Below, piece after piece: positions 46,367-53,556 of a stretch of DNA of 53,556 nucleotides. Position numbers and translations under genes: made by a program. Source of the stretch: a virus. Its lineage: Duplodnaviria > Caudoviricetes. Every line of letters starts with the position of its first letter. Positions within the stretch are counted from its first letter, which is position 1. The stretch covers positions 1 through 53,556 of the IMG/VR virus record IMGVR_UViG_3300004369_000021. One strand, given 5' to 3'. The notes below the pieces were generated by a model that saw only the letters and a list, made by a program, of their open reading frames with translations, was not told where the DNA came from and did no database searches.

Positions 46367-46780
46367 ATGGCTGATGCAGTCACGTCACAAACGATTCTTG
46401 ACGGTGAACGACTGTTCATCGCCAAGTTTACCAACATCTCTGACGGCACGGGTGAAGCCGCTGCAACCAAGATCGATGTTTCCGCTCTAAATCCCAGCGA
46501 AGCAGGCAACGCCTGCAACGGCGTCAAGATCCACAAGATCTGGGCGCAAACGCAGGGAATGGGCGTGGACATCATCTGGGACGCAACGACAGACGTGTTG
46601 TGCGAAACGATCACAGAAGACACGTTCTACCTGATGGACTATTCGTCGTTCGGCGGCTTGCCGAACAATGCTGGCGCAGGTGTGACTGGGGACGTTGCAT
46701 TCACAACCGTTGGAGCCTCTGCTGGTGACCGTTACACAATAGTCTTGGAGTGCATCAAGACTTATGGCACGACACCTTGA
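46367..46780 (+). CDS. Hypothetical virion protein
   Basis: MADAVTSQTI.DG...KFTNISDGTGE; GGAGG RBS. Confidence 0.7.
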   Translation: MADAVTSQTILDGERLFIAKFTNISDGTGEAAATKIDVSALNPSEAGNACNGVKIHKIWAQTQGMGVDIIWDATTDVLCETITEDTFYLMDYSSFGGLPNNAGAGVTGDVAFTTVGASAGDRYTIVLECIKTYGTTP

Positions 46781-46786
46781 GGGGGC

Positions 46787-47050
46787 TTGAAATTGGATGT
46801 TGCGACCTTATGGAACGTCGTGCTTTCTTTTGTGAGCGCACTCTTGATCTGGGGTTGGAAAGGCCACGTTGAAGAGGTCAAGCGGCTCCAGATCCTTCTC
46901 AACCGCACTCGCGAAGAGATGGCCAAAGAGTACGTCACGAAAGAAGAAGTTCACGAAGACATCAATCGGGTGATGAATCGGCTAGAGGTGTTGGACGCAA
47001 AGCTAGACCGTCTCATCGAGGGCCACAGAACAAGAGGACAACCAATATGA
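46787..47050 (+). CDS. Small membrane protein (single TM + coiled coil)
   Basis: N-terminal hydrophobic helix, then LNRTREE..K.YVTK...KLDRL. Confidence 0.6.
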   Translation: MKLDVATLWNVVLSFVSALLIWGWKGHVEEVKRLQILLNRTREEMAKEYVTKEEVHEDINRVMNRLEVLDAKLDRLIEGHRTRGQPI

Positions 47051-47709
47051 GCAAGTCGTTCAAATATGTAAAGGAGTTCGAATTTCCTCGCGAAGCTGGT
47101 TACACCGGCTCTGCTGGGCAACAGATGGTCAAAGGCTACGCTCGCGGCGGCAAAACTGACGCTGCGCAGGACAAAGCAATGGTGAAGTCCGCCGTGCACA
47201 AACACGAAAAGTCGATGCACAAAGGCGAACCGTTGACCAAACTCGCCCATGGCGGCAAGATCAAAGACACCATCCGCAACGAACGCGAAGAGATGGCGCG
47301 GATCAAGCAGGAAACCCGCAGCGAACGCAAGGACGCTGGTGAAGAAATGTCGCGCGTGCGCAAAGAGATGCGTTACGACGAGGCAAAGATGAAAAACGAC
47401 CGCCCGATGCGCAAGCAATACCCTGTTGATCGCAGCGAACCGATAATTCCTATGAAGCACGGCGGCATGAAGCACGGCGGCATGAAGCACGGCGGCATGA
47501 AGCACGGCGGCATGACTGAAAAGCCGATGATGATGAAGCACGGCGGCATGAACCCGAAGCAAGAAGCCAAGGTTGGCAAGGTTATGGGTGAATTCAAAGA
47601 AGGCAAGCTGCATTCCGGCAGCAAGTCTGGTCCCAAGGTCAACAATCGCAAGCAAGCTGTGGCGATCGCGATGAATGAAGCAAGAAACATGGGCAAAAAG
47701 AAGAAATGA
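47047..47709 (+). CDS. Basic Lys/Met-rich protein with MKHGG repeats
   Basis: VHKHEK..H, MKHGG x5 and KVMGEFKEGKLHSG...KQAVAIA modules. Confidence 0.75.
   Translation: MSKSFKYVKEFEFPREAGYTGSAGQQMVKGYARGGKTDAAQDKAMVKSAVHKHEKSMHKGEPLTKLAHGGKIKDTIRNEREEMARIKQETRSERKDAGEEMSRVRKEMRYDEAKMKNDRPMRKQYPVDRSEPIIPMKHGGMKHGGMKHGGMKHGGMTEKPMMMKHGGMNPKQEAKVGKVMGEFKEGKLHSGSKSGPKVNNRKQAVAIAMNEARNMGKKKK
47452..47547 (+). repeat. 15-bp tandem repeat
   Basis: atgaagcacggcggc x4 (47452-47511) plus a fifth copy at 47533-47547. Confidence 0.95.
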
Positions 47710-47710
47710 C

Positions 47711-47739
47711 TTGTTATTTCTTCAGAAATGTACCATAAT
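47711..47739 (+). promoter_or_regulatory. Sigma70-like promoter
   Basis: TTGTTA-N17-CATAAT. Confidence 0.65.
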
Positions 47740-47801
47740 TAAGTGTAAACAAAGTGGGCTAGCTGTACCAGCGGCCATATCTGACCATAGATGGAGTTGG
47801 A

Positions 47802-48791
47802 ATGGCGTATTCTGGTGAAATAGGCAACACCACATTCAATGCGCTGAAGGTCGTTGATCACGCCTTCAGGCGTTGTCGCCTGCCTGCGCAAGCCATAACT
47901 GCAGAAATGCATGATTATGCTGTCGACACGCTCAACACGACATTGGCAGAACTGGCGAGCATCAAAACACCAAGCTGGTGCATCGAGAAAATCATCCTCC
48001 CGATGTACGAGAACCAACCGATTGTCACGCTCCCTTTGGGCACGGTCAGCGTTTTGAACCTGAACTACCGCGTTCTACAATTGTTGAGCGGAGCCAACAC
48101 CACAGCAGGCAACTTGTATCAAGTTTCCTTCACAACCTCGACTGTCGTCGACACGGTTGGAATCAAGTGGTCTGGCACGGCGGTGCCGGTTTATTTCCAA
48201 GTCAGCACGGACGGCGCAAGTTTCACCACAGTCGGCTCTTCAAGCGCAACGGCTTCAGCCGGTGAGATCACTTGGACGGACATCAGCGGTGCACTGGCCT
48301 ATCCTTACTTCAGGATTTACACACAAGACCCGAATGCCGTCTTGAGTTACTCCTCGATCACGCTCGGCAACATGCCGCAAGAGATCCCGCTCGGTCAGCT
48401 GAACCGCGACGGTTACGTCAACCAGTCGAACAAGGTCTTTCCTGGACGTCCCAGCAACTACTACTTCCAGCGCGACCTGCCGCAACCAATTGTGCGCATT
48501 TGGCCTGCGCCGTTTTATGCTGCTGAGCAAGCACAGTTGATCCTCTGGCGTCATCGGCAGATCATGAGCAACTCCAACCTTCAACAAGACGTGGAAATTC
48601 CCGCTCGCTGGTTGGAAGCGATAATCAACACACTCGCGGCACGCGTAGCGGCAGAAACGCCGCAAGTCGATCCGACGACAATGGCTGTCCTGGAGCAAAA
48701 ATCCGCACTAAGCATGCAGCGCGCATGGGACGGCGACAACGACGGGTCTCCGATTCAGATCAATCCTGGCATTGGAGCGTACACAGCATGA
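47802..48791 (+). CDS. Putative head-tail connector / adaptor protein
   Basis: AFRRC N-terminal helix, L.RD.Y....NK...GRP..YYFQR, IWPAP and P.RW motifs. Confidence 0.55.
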   Translation: MAYSGEIGNTTFNALKVVDHAFRRCRLPAQAITAEMHDYAVDTLNTTLAELASIKTPSWCIEKIILPMYENQPIVTLPLGTVSVLNLNYRVLQLLSGANTTAGNLYQVSFTTSTVVDTVGIKWSGTAVPVYFQVSTDGASFTTVGSSSATASAGEITWTDISGALAYPYFRIYTQDPNAVLSYSSITLGNMPQEIPLGQLNRDGYVNQSNKVFPGRPSNYYFQRDLPQPIVRIWPAPFYAAEQAQLILWRHRQIMSNSNLQQDVEIPARWLEAIINTLAARVAAETPQVDPTTMAVLEQKSALSMQRAWDGDNDGSPIQINPGIGAYTA

Positions 48792-49096
48792 GCAACGCAC
48801 TTTACTTAGACCCAACAGGTCAAACAACATACGGCATCGGTATTTGCGGTCGTTGCTCGCGCAAAATGTTCTTGTCTGACTTGCAACCCGATCCGAACTA
48901 TCCAGGACTGATGGTTTGCGAAGCAGACCGCGATCAGTACGATCCTTATCGACTCGCTCCTCGTGCGCCCGACAAGATTGTGTTGCCCTTCAACCGTCCA
49001 GACACGCCAATCAACACGCGCCCAGCAGGTTTGATTCAAGAGGCTGGCAATGAGTTCATCATCACAGAAGATGGTGACGGATATTTGGAGATTTGA
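48788..49096 (+). CDS. Small Cys-motif protein (102 aa)
   Basis: CGRC...GLMVC..D.D..DP...RPD; ATGA overlap. Confidence 0.7.
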   Translation: MSNALYLDPTGQTTYGIGICGRCSRKMFLSDLQPDPNYPGLMVCEADRDQYDPYRLAPRAPDKIVLPFNRPDTPINTRPAGLIQEAGNEFIITEDGDGYLEI

Positions 49097-49099
49097 CGC

Positions 49100-51787
49100 A
49101 TGTCTGAAGTCCCGAGCAATTTGATCCCAACCCGCGTCACGCAGCTTCCGACTGCGCCGGTTGCGGACGAAAACTCGCTGATGATGATTGTCTATCAGGG
49201 CAACAACTATCAGATCCGCGTTGGTGACTTGTTGAACGTCGCTGGCGTGCCGACTTCGCGGCAGGTCATCGCCGGAACCGGTCTCACCGGTGGTGGTCAG
49301 CTTACAAGCAACGTTACCTTGAGCGTCGCCAACGGCGGCATCGGAACGACGCAGTTGGCTGCTAGTGGTGTGACTGCAGGAACTTACGGCGATGCGACCA
49401 ACATACCTGTGTTCATCGTTGACGCGACCGGTCGCGTGACGGCTGCAACGACCGTCCCAGCAAGCGGTGGCGGCGGCGTTCCGACAAGCACGCAAGTCAT
49501 CGCCGGAACGGGCTTGAACGGCGGCGGCGCACTTACCGGCAACGTCACGCTGAACGCAAACCTTTCTAGCGCAACCCCTCAATCGCTCGATGGGGCTGGA
49601 TCGGCTGGCGCTTCGACCGACATCGCTCGCGCTGACCACACGCATCCCGCTGTCGACCTTGCTGACCAAAATCAAGTAGACGGCATCTTGCCTGTCGATC
49701 AAGGCGGCACGTCACGCAGTCTTGTCCCAGACGAAGGCGCAATCGTTTGGTCTGGTGCTGACGGATTATACATCGGTCCAGCGGGTGTTGCAGGTCAGGT
49801 TCTTCTTTCCGGCGGTATTGGCGAGTACACTTGGGCAGACCAAAACAACCTTGACGTTGGACAAGCAGACAACATCAACGGCGGTTCTGCAAATCAACTC
49901 CTTTACCAAACCGCAGCTGACACGACAGGTTTTGTTCCTGCTCCAACGGTGAGCAACACCGTTCTTTATTGGAACGGGACAAACGTCGTTTGGGGTTCAG
50001 TTCCTGGAACCGGCACCGTGGTCTCTGTTGGTTTGGCTCTTCCTCCCGATTTCACGGTCAGCGGTTCTCCGGTAACCACCAGTGGGACGCTTACAGGTGC
50101 TTGGGCAGCGCAAAACCCGAACATTGTTTTTGCTGGACCTGCTAGCGGTGCATCACCTGCGACACCTTCGTTCCGCTCGCTGAGTAGCGCTGACATCCCG
50201 ACCCTGAACCAAAACACCACCGGCAATGCCGCCACGGCCACCACAGCAACAAACATCGCCGGTGGTGCTGCAGGGTCTGTTCCTTACCAAACTGGTTCTG
50301 GCGCAACCTCGTTGCTGCCTGCAGGGACAGGCGTTTTGGTCGGGGGAGCCACACCCTCCTACACCACAACCCCGACCCTGACTGGCACGAACTTCAGTGC
50401 GATCCCGAATGCCGCGTTGAGCAACAGTTCTGTCACGATCGGCTCAACCGGCGTCGCGCTGGGTGCAACGGCTTCTTCGCTCGCTGGATTGTCTTCTGTT
50501 ACACTGACTGGTAACCCTACGCTGGCGTTGCAAGCAACAACCAAACAGTACGTTGACGCGTTGATCGCGAGCGGCATTCACTTCCACACGCCTGTGATGG
50601 TCGAAAGTCCTACCAATTTGAATGCGACTTACAACAACGGAACAGCCGGAGTTGGCGCAACGCTCACTAACGCGGGAACGCAAGTTGAGTTAATTATTGA
50701 TGGCGTCTTCACGTCTCCAGGTGATCGCGTTTTGGTTTATAACCAAACTAATCAAATCGAGAACGGCATTTATGTTGTCACAGTTGTGGGTACAGTTTCT
50801 ACAAACTGGGTGCTAACACGCGCCAGCGATGCTGACACCTATGTAATTAACGACGCAAACGGCCTGAGCGAAGGTTCCACGGTTTTTGTTCAGCTGGGCG
50901 CAACAGGTTCTGGTAACACCTACACCTGCAACACCTCTGGTGTGATCACGTTCGGAACGACTCCGATAACGTTCGTTCAGATCTCTACTGCGCAAATTTA
51001 CTCTGCCGGCACAGGGTTGACCCTGACCGGAACGGAATTCTCTCTGACAACTCCTGTTTCCGCAACAAATGGTGGAGTTGGTCAGTCTTCTTATACGACC
51101 GGCGACATCATTTACGCCACAGGTTCAACAACGCTGAACAAGCTGGGCATCGGCGCGTCAAGCCGCATCATGACTTCCACAGGTTCGGCTCCAATTTGGA
51201 CTGACCCTGCGAGCGTCACGGTTGGTTCGGCCACGACAGCAACAACCGCAACCAACATCGCTGGCGGTTCAGCCAACAGTATCGCTTACAACACAGGCTC
51301 CGGCGCGACAAATTTCATCACGGCTCCAACCGTTTCCAACACCTACCTTGAATGGTCTGGGTCTGCATTCCAGTGGTCTTCGAACCCGCTCGGTACTGTC
51401 ACGAGCGTCGATGTTTCTGGCGGCACGACCGGTCTGACAACTTCTGGCGGTCCAATCACCAGCAGCGGAACGATCACACTTGCAGGAACGCTCGCGGTCG
51501 CCAACGGTGGCACAGGAGCAACAACCACTGCAAACGCACTCACCAACCTTGGCGCTTACCCTGCCAGCAACCCGTCTGGCTACACCACCAACACCGGCAC
51601 CGTCACCAGCGTGACTGGTGGCTCTTACCTGACCGGCGGAACGATCACGACCAGCGGCACTTTGGCTGTTGACGCAACCAGCGCGAACACAGTTTCCAAA
51701 GTTGTGGCACGTGACGCGAGCGGCAATTTTGCAGCAGGACAAATAACGGCCACTAGCTACGTTGGCATGGATGGAGGGACGTTCTGA
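49100..51787 (+). CDS. Tail fiber protein
   Basis: 895 aa, Thr/Gly-rich, with repeated AGTGL.GGG.L..NVTL, ARADH.H, GGTG and ATTATNIAGG modules and GDRVLV.NQ....NGIY; ends DGGTF. Confidence 0.8.
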   Translation: MSEVPSNLIPTRVTQLPTAPVADENSLMMIVYQGNNYQIRVGDLLNVAGVPTSRQVIAGTGLTGGGQLTSNVTLSVANGGIGTTQLAASGVTAGTYGDATNIPVFIVDATGRVTAATTVPASGGGGVPTSTQVIAGTGLNGGGALTGNVTLNANLSSATPQSLDGAGSAGASTDIARADHTHPAVDLADQNQVDGILPVDQGGTSRSLVPDEGAIVWSGADGLYIGPAGVAGQVLLSGGIGEYTWADQNNLDVGQADNINGGSANQLLYQTAADTTGFVPAPTVSNTVLYWNGTNVVWGSVPGTGTVVSVGLALPPDFTVSGSPVTTSGTLTGAWAAQNPNIVFAGPASGASPATPSFRSLSSADIPTLNQNTTGNAATATTATNIAGGAAGSVPYQTGSGATSLLPAGTGVLVGGATPSYTTTPTLTGTNFSAIPNAALSNSSVTIGSTGVALGATASSLAGLSSVTLTGNPTLALQATTKQYVDALIASGIHFHTPVMVESPTNLNATYNNGTAGVGATLTNAGTQVELIIDGVFTSPGDRVLVYNQTNQIENGIYVVTVVGTVSTNWVLTRASDADTYVINDANGLSEGSTVFVQLGATGSGNTYTCNTSGVITFGTTPITFVQISTAQIYSAGTGLTLTGTEFSLTTPVSATNGGVGQSSYTTGDIIYATGSTTLNKLGIGASSRIMTSTGSAPIWTDPASVTVGSATTATTATNIAGGSANSIAYNTGSGATNFITAPTVSNTYLEWSGSAFQWSSNPLGTVTSVDVSGGTTGLTTSGGPITSSGTITLAGTLAVANGGTGATTTANALTNLGAYPASNPSGYTTNTGTVTSVTGGSYLTGGTITTSGTLAVDATSANTVSKVVARDASGNFAAGQITATSYVGMDGGTF

Positions 51788-51798
51788 TGAATCAATCG

Positions 51799-51827
51799 TT
51801 GCCTTGTAATGAACTTGAGGGCATAAT
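51799..51827 (+). promoter_or_regulatory. Sigma70-like promoter
   Basis: TTGCCT-N17-CATAAT. Confidence 0.8.
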
Positions 51828-51860
51828 GTTTCCAACTAACTTAAGAAAGAGGTAACAGCA

Positions 51861-52178
51861 ATGGCACAGACCGGCTACACCCCAATTCAGTTGTACCGCA
51901 GCACCACTTCCAGTGCAGTGCCTTCTGCAGCGAACTTGAATCCTGGTGAACTTGCGATCAACATCAACAACGCTGACATGGCCTTGTACGCCGAAAATGC
52001 GTCTGGCACTGTGACTCGCATCATGAACAATCCTGCTGGGTTGAAATACCCGACAGCAGATGGATCAAACGGCCAAGTAATCAGCACCGACGGTTCTGGG
52101 AACTTGACATTCTCAACACCGTCAGCTGGTGTGACAACCGGCAAGGCCATCGCCATGGCCATGATTTTTGGATTCTAA
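51861..52178 (+). CDS. Short tail-fiber-related protein
   Basis: IQL.RS.T....P....L..GELAIN fiber N-terminal motif; ends TGKAIAMAMIFG. Confidence 0.6.
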   Translation: MAQTGYTPIQLYRSTTSSAVPSAANLNPGELAININNADMALYAENASGTVTRIMNNPAGLKYPTADGSNGQVISTDGSGNLTFSTPSAGVTTGKAIAMAMIFGF

Positions 52179-52190
52179 GGAGCGAAAGAA

Positions 52191-52562
52191 ATGGCCAACC
52201 CGAATATCGTCAACGTAACGTCCATCTACGGCGAAACGTCGTATCTCATCCCGAGCACGACCGGCGCTACGACTTGGACTGCACTCACCCCTGCTGCCGG
52301 AACCGTTAACAAGGTCAACAACATCGTTGCTTCCAATGTGACCGGTTCTGCTGTTCCTGTCACCGTTTCGGTTAACAGCGCGACCGGCGGCGGTGGCACC
52401 GCGTACCGAATCGCTTATCAGATCAGCGTGCCGGCAAACGCCTCGTTGATCATCGTCGACAAGACGACCGCGATCTACGTTGGTGAAGCGCAGTCGGTCG
52501 TTGTCACCGTTGGAACTTCGAACGCAATCGAACTGACCTCCAGCTATGAAGCACTGACTTGA
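52191..52562 (+). CDS. Hypothetical virion protein
   Basis: MANPNIVNVTSIYG...ISVPANASL...SYE; AAGGAG RBS. Confidence 0.7.
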   Translation: MANPNIVNVTSIYGETSYLIPSTTGATTWTALTPAAGTVNKVNNIVASNVTGSAVPVTVSVNSATGGGGTAYRIAYQISVPANASLIIVDKTTAIYVGEAQSVVVTVGTSNAIELTSSYEALT

Positions 52563-52578
52563 TAGGGAGGACGACAAA

Positions 52579-53556
52579 ATGTCGATGCGCTATCAAGCTG
52601 GTATTTTAACGGCTTCTTATTTTCCGCTGAAAGTTCCAAACTCGCCGACCGCAGCCACGGCTTCGGTTGCTAGCGGAACTTCGGTTTCGGTTGCATTTAC
52701 CGCTCCGACTGATGTTGGCGGGGGTGCCGTTACCAGCTATTTGGTGGTTTCCTCTGATGGACAAACCGGAACAGGCTCTTCTTCTCCAATAACAGTCAGC
52801 GGTCTGATAACTGGAACAGCATACACTTTTGTCGTTTACGCAATCAACGATTTTGGCACTGGCCCCGCCAGCGCTGCAAGCAACAGTGTAACTCCGGTCT
52901 CAATCGGTCAGCAGGCTTATACTTCTGTCGGAACCTACAGCTGGGTCGCTCCGGCTGGAGTAACTTCAGTCTCTGTTGTTGCTGTTGGCGGTGGCGCGGG
53001 TAACGCCGGAGGCGGCGCTCAAGCTGGTGGTGGTGGTCTTGGATACAAGAACAATTACACGGTTGTGGCCGGAAACTCTTACACCGTGGTTGTCGGTCGC
53101 GCTGGTCCTCCAGGTTATTTAGGTGGAACAGATCTGAATAACGGAGGTGACAGTTACTTCATTTCAACAGCAGTTGTTAAAGGTGGTGGCGGCATCGGCT
53201 TTTCTGGCAACGCAGGTGGAACTTACGTCGGAGACGGCGGTGGCAATGGTGGTCTCGGAGGTTATGCAGCAGGCGGCGGCGCAGGCGGTTATTCCGGAAA
53301 TGGCGGCAACGCTGCGCAATCCAGCGGTGTGCTCGGAACAAATGGATCCGGTGGTGGCGGCGGCGGCGCATATTCATGGGCTAGCGGCGCAGATGGCGGT
53401 GGTGTGGGCATACTCGGCCAAGGCGCAAGTGGCTCGGCTGGTGATCCAGGCCAACCTGGATCTGGCGGCTCAGGCAAAACCTACGGTGGTGGCGCGGGCA
53501 ATAATAATCAAACCGGCGGCGTAGGAGCGGTTAGAATTATCTGGCCAGGAACCAGC
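52579..53556 (+). CDS. FN3 + glycine-rich paralog 1 (continues to 135 across the junction, about 337 aa); missed by the ORF track
   Basis: GGAGG RBS; MSMRYQAG...FTAP...GQQAYTSVGTYSWVAPAGVTSVSVVAVG; frame open to the contig end. Confidence 0.85.
   Translation, partial: MSMRYQAGILTASYFPLKVPNSPTAATASVASGTSVSVAFTAPTDVGGGAVTSYLVVSSDGQTGTGSSSPITVSGLITGTAYTFVVYAINDFGTGPASAASNSVTPVSIGQQAYTSVGTYSWVAPAGVTSVSVVAVGGGAGNAGGGAQAGGGGLGYKNNYTVVAGNSYTVVVGRAGPPGYLGGTDLNNGGDSYFISTAVVKGGGGIGFSGNAGGTYVGDGGGNGGLGGYAAGGGAGGYSGNGGNAAQSSGVLGTNGSGGGGGGAYSWASGADGGGVGILGQGASGSAGDPGQPGSGGSGKTYGGGAGNNNQTGGVGAVRIIWPGTS
53458..53556. repeat. Terminal direct repeat, right copy
   Basis: Identical to 1-99. Confidence 0.95.

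Noticed and set aside
47452-47547. CRISPR-like array
   Set aside because: Spacerless, in-frame 15-bp coding repeat
1-53556. Idea that only T-free sites are avoided, as proof of thymine modification
   Set aside because: GAGCT and CTCGAG contain T and also appear avoided, so the k-mer pattern does not independently support the modification hypothesis
1-53556. Stop-codon reassignment, introns or inteins
   Set aside because: Genes tile densely under the standard code, and DnaE, TerL, helicase and primase look uninterrupted

Overview
The window is an apparently complete, circularly assembled dsDNA tailed-phage genome. Bases 1-99 repeat exactly at 53458-53556, giving a unit length of about 53,457 bp. 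The architecture is podovirus-like, and I found no integrase, tape measure gene, tRNA or CRISPR array. The plus-strand late block (34.4 kb, wrapping to 16.4 kb) encodes TerS, TerL, a modular 952-aa protein, portal, a GroES-like protein, scaffold, major capsid, adaptors, a tail fiber, three FN3/glycine-rich paralogs, a holin, a GH24 endolysin, a nozzle, a GNAT and four putative ejection proteins. The minus-strand block (28.7 to 16.5 kb) encodes an FAD oxidoreductase, a non-canonical ThyX, DenV, a HAD phosphatase, a DUF6378/Nmad1-like protein, an SDR, a VOC-fold protein, a DEDDh exonuclease, a DnaE-type polymerase, a nuclease, an SNF2 helicase and DUF932. A divergent plus-strand block carries an SSB-like protein and a primase-helicase. 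Main leads: (1) a candidate thymine-hypermodification pathway built on a ThyX with altered folate-site and signature residues, linked to a C-family polymerase; (2) a [MYWL]-x-x-G-G linker motif marking module boundaries in four putative capsid-internal proteins; (3) strong avoidance of specific short words (CCSGG, GAGCT, CCGCGG, CGGCCG, CTCGAG); (4) a pseudoknotted RNA after the capsid gene; (5) ten TTGCCT-N17-CATAAT-type promoters. All family calls come from motif recognition by eye, not database searches.
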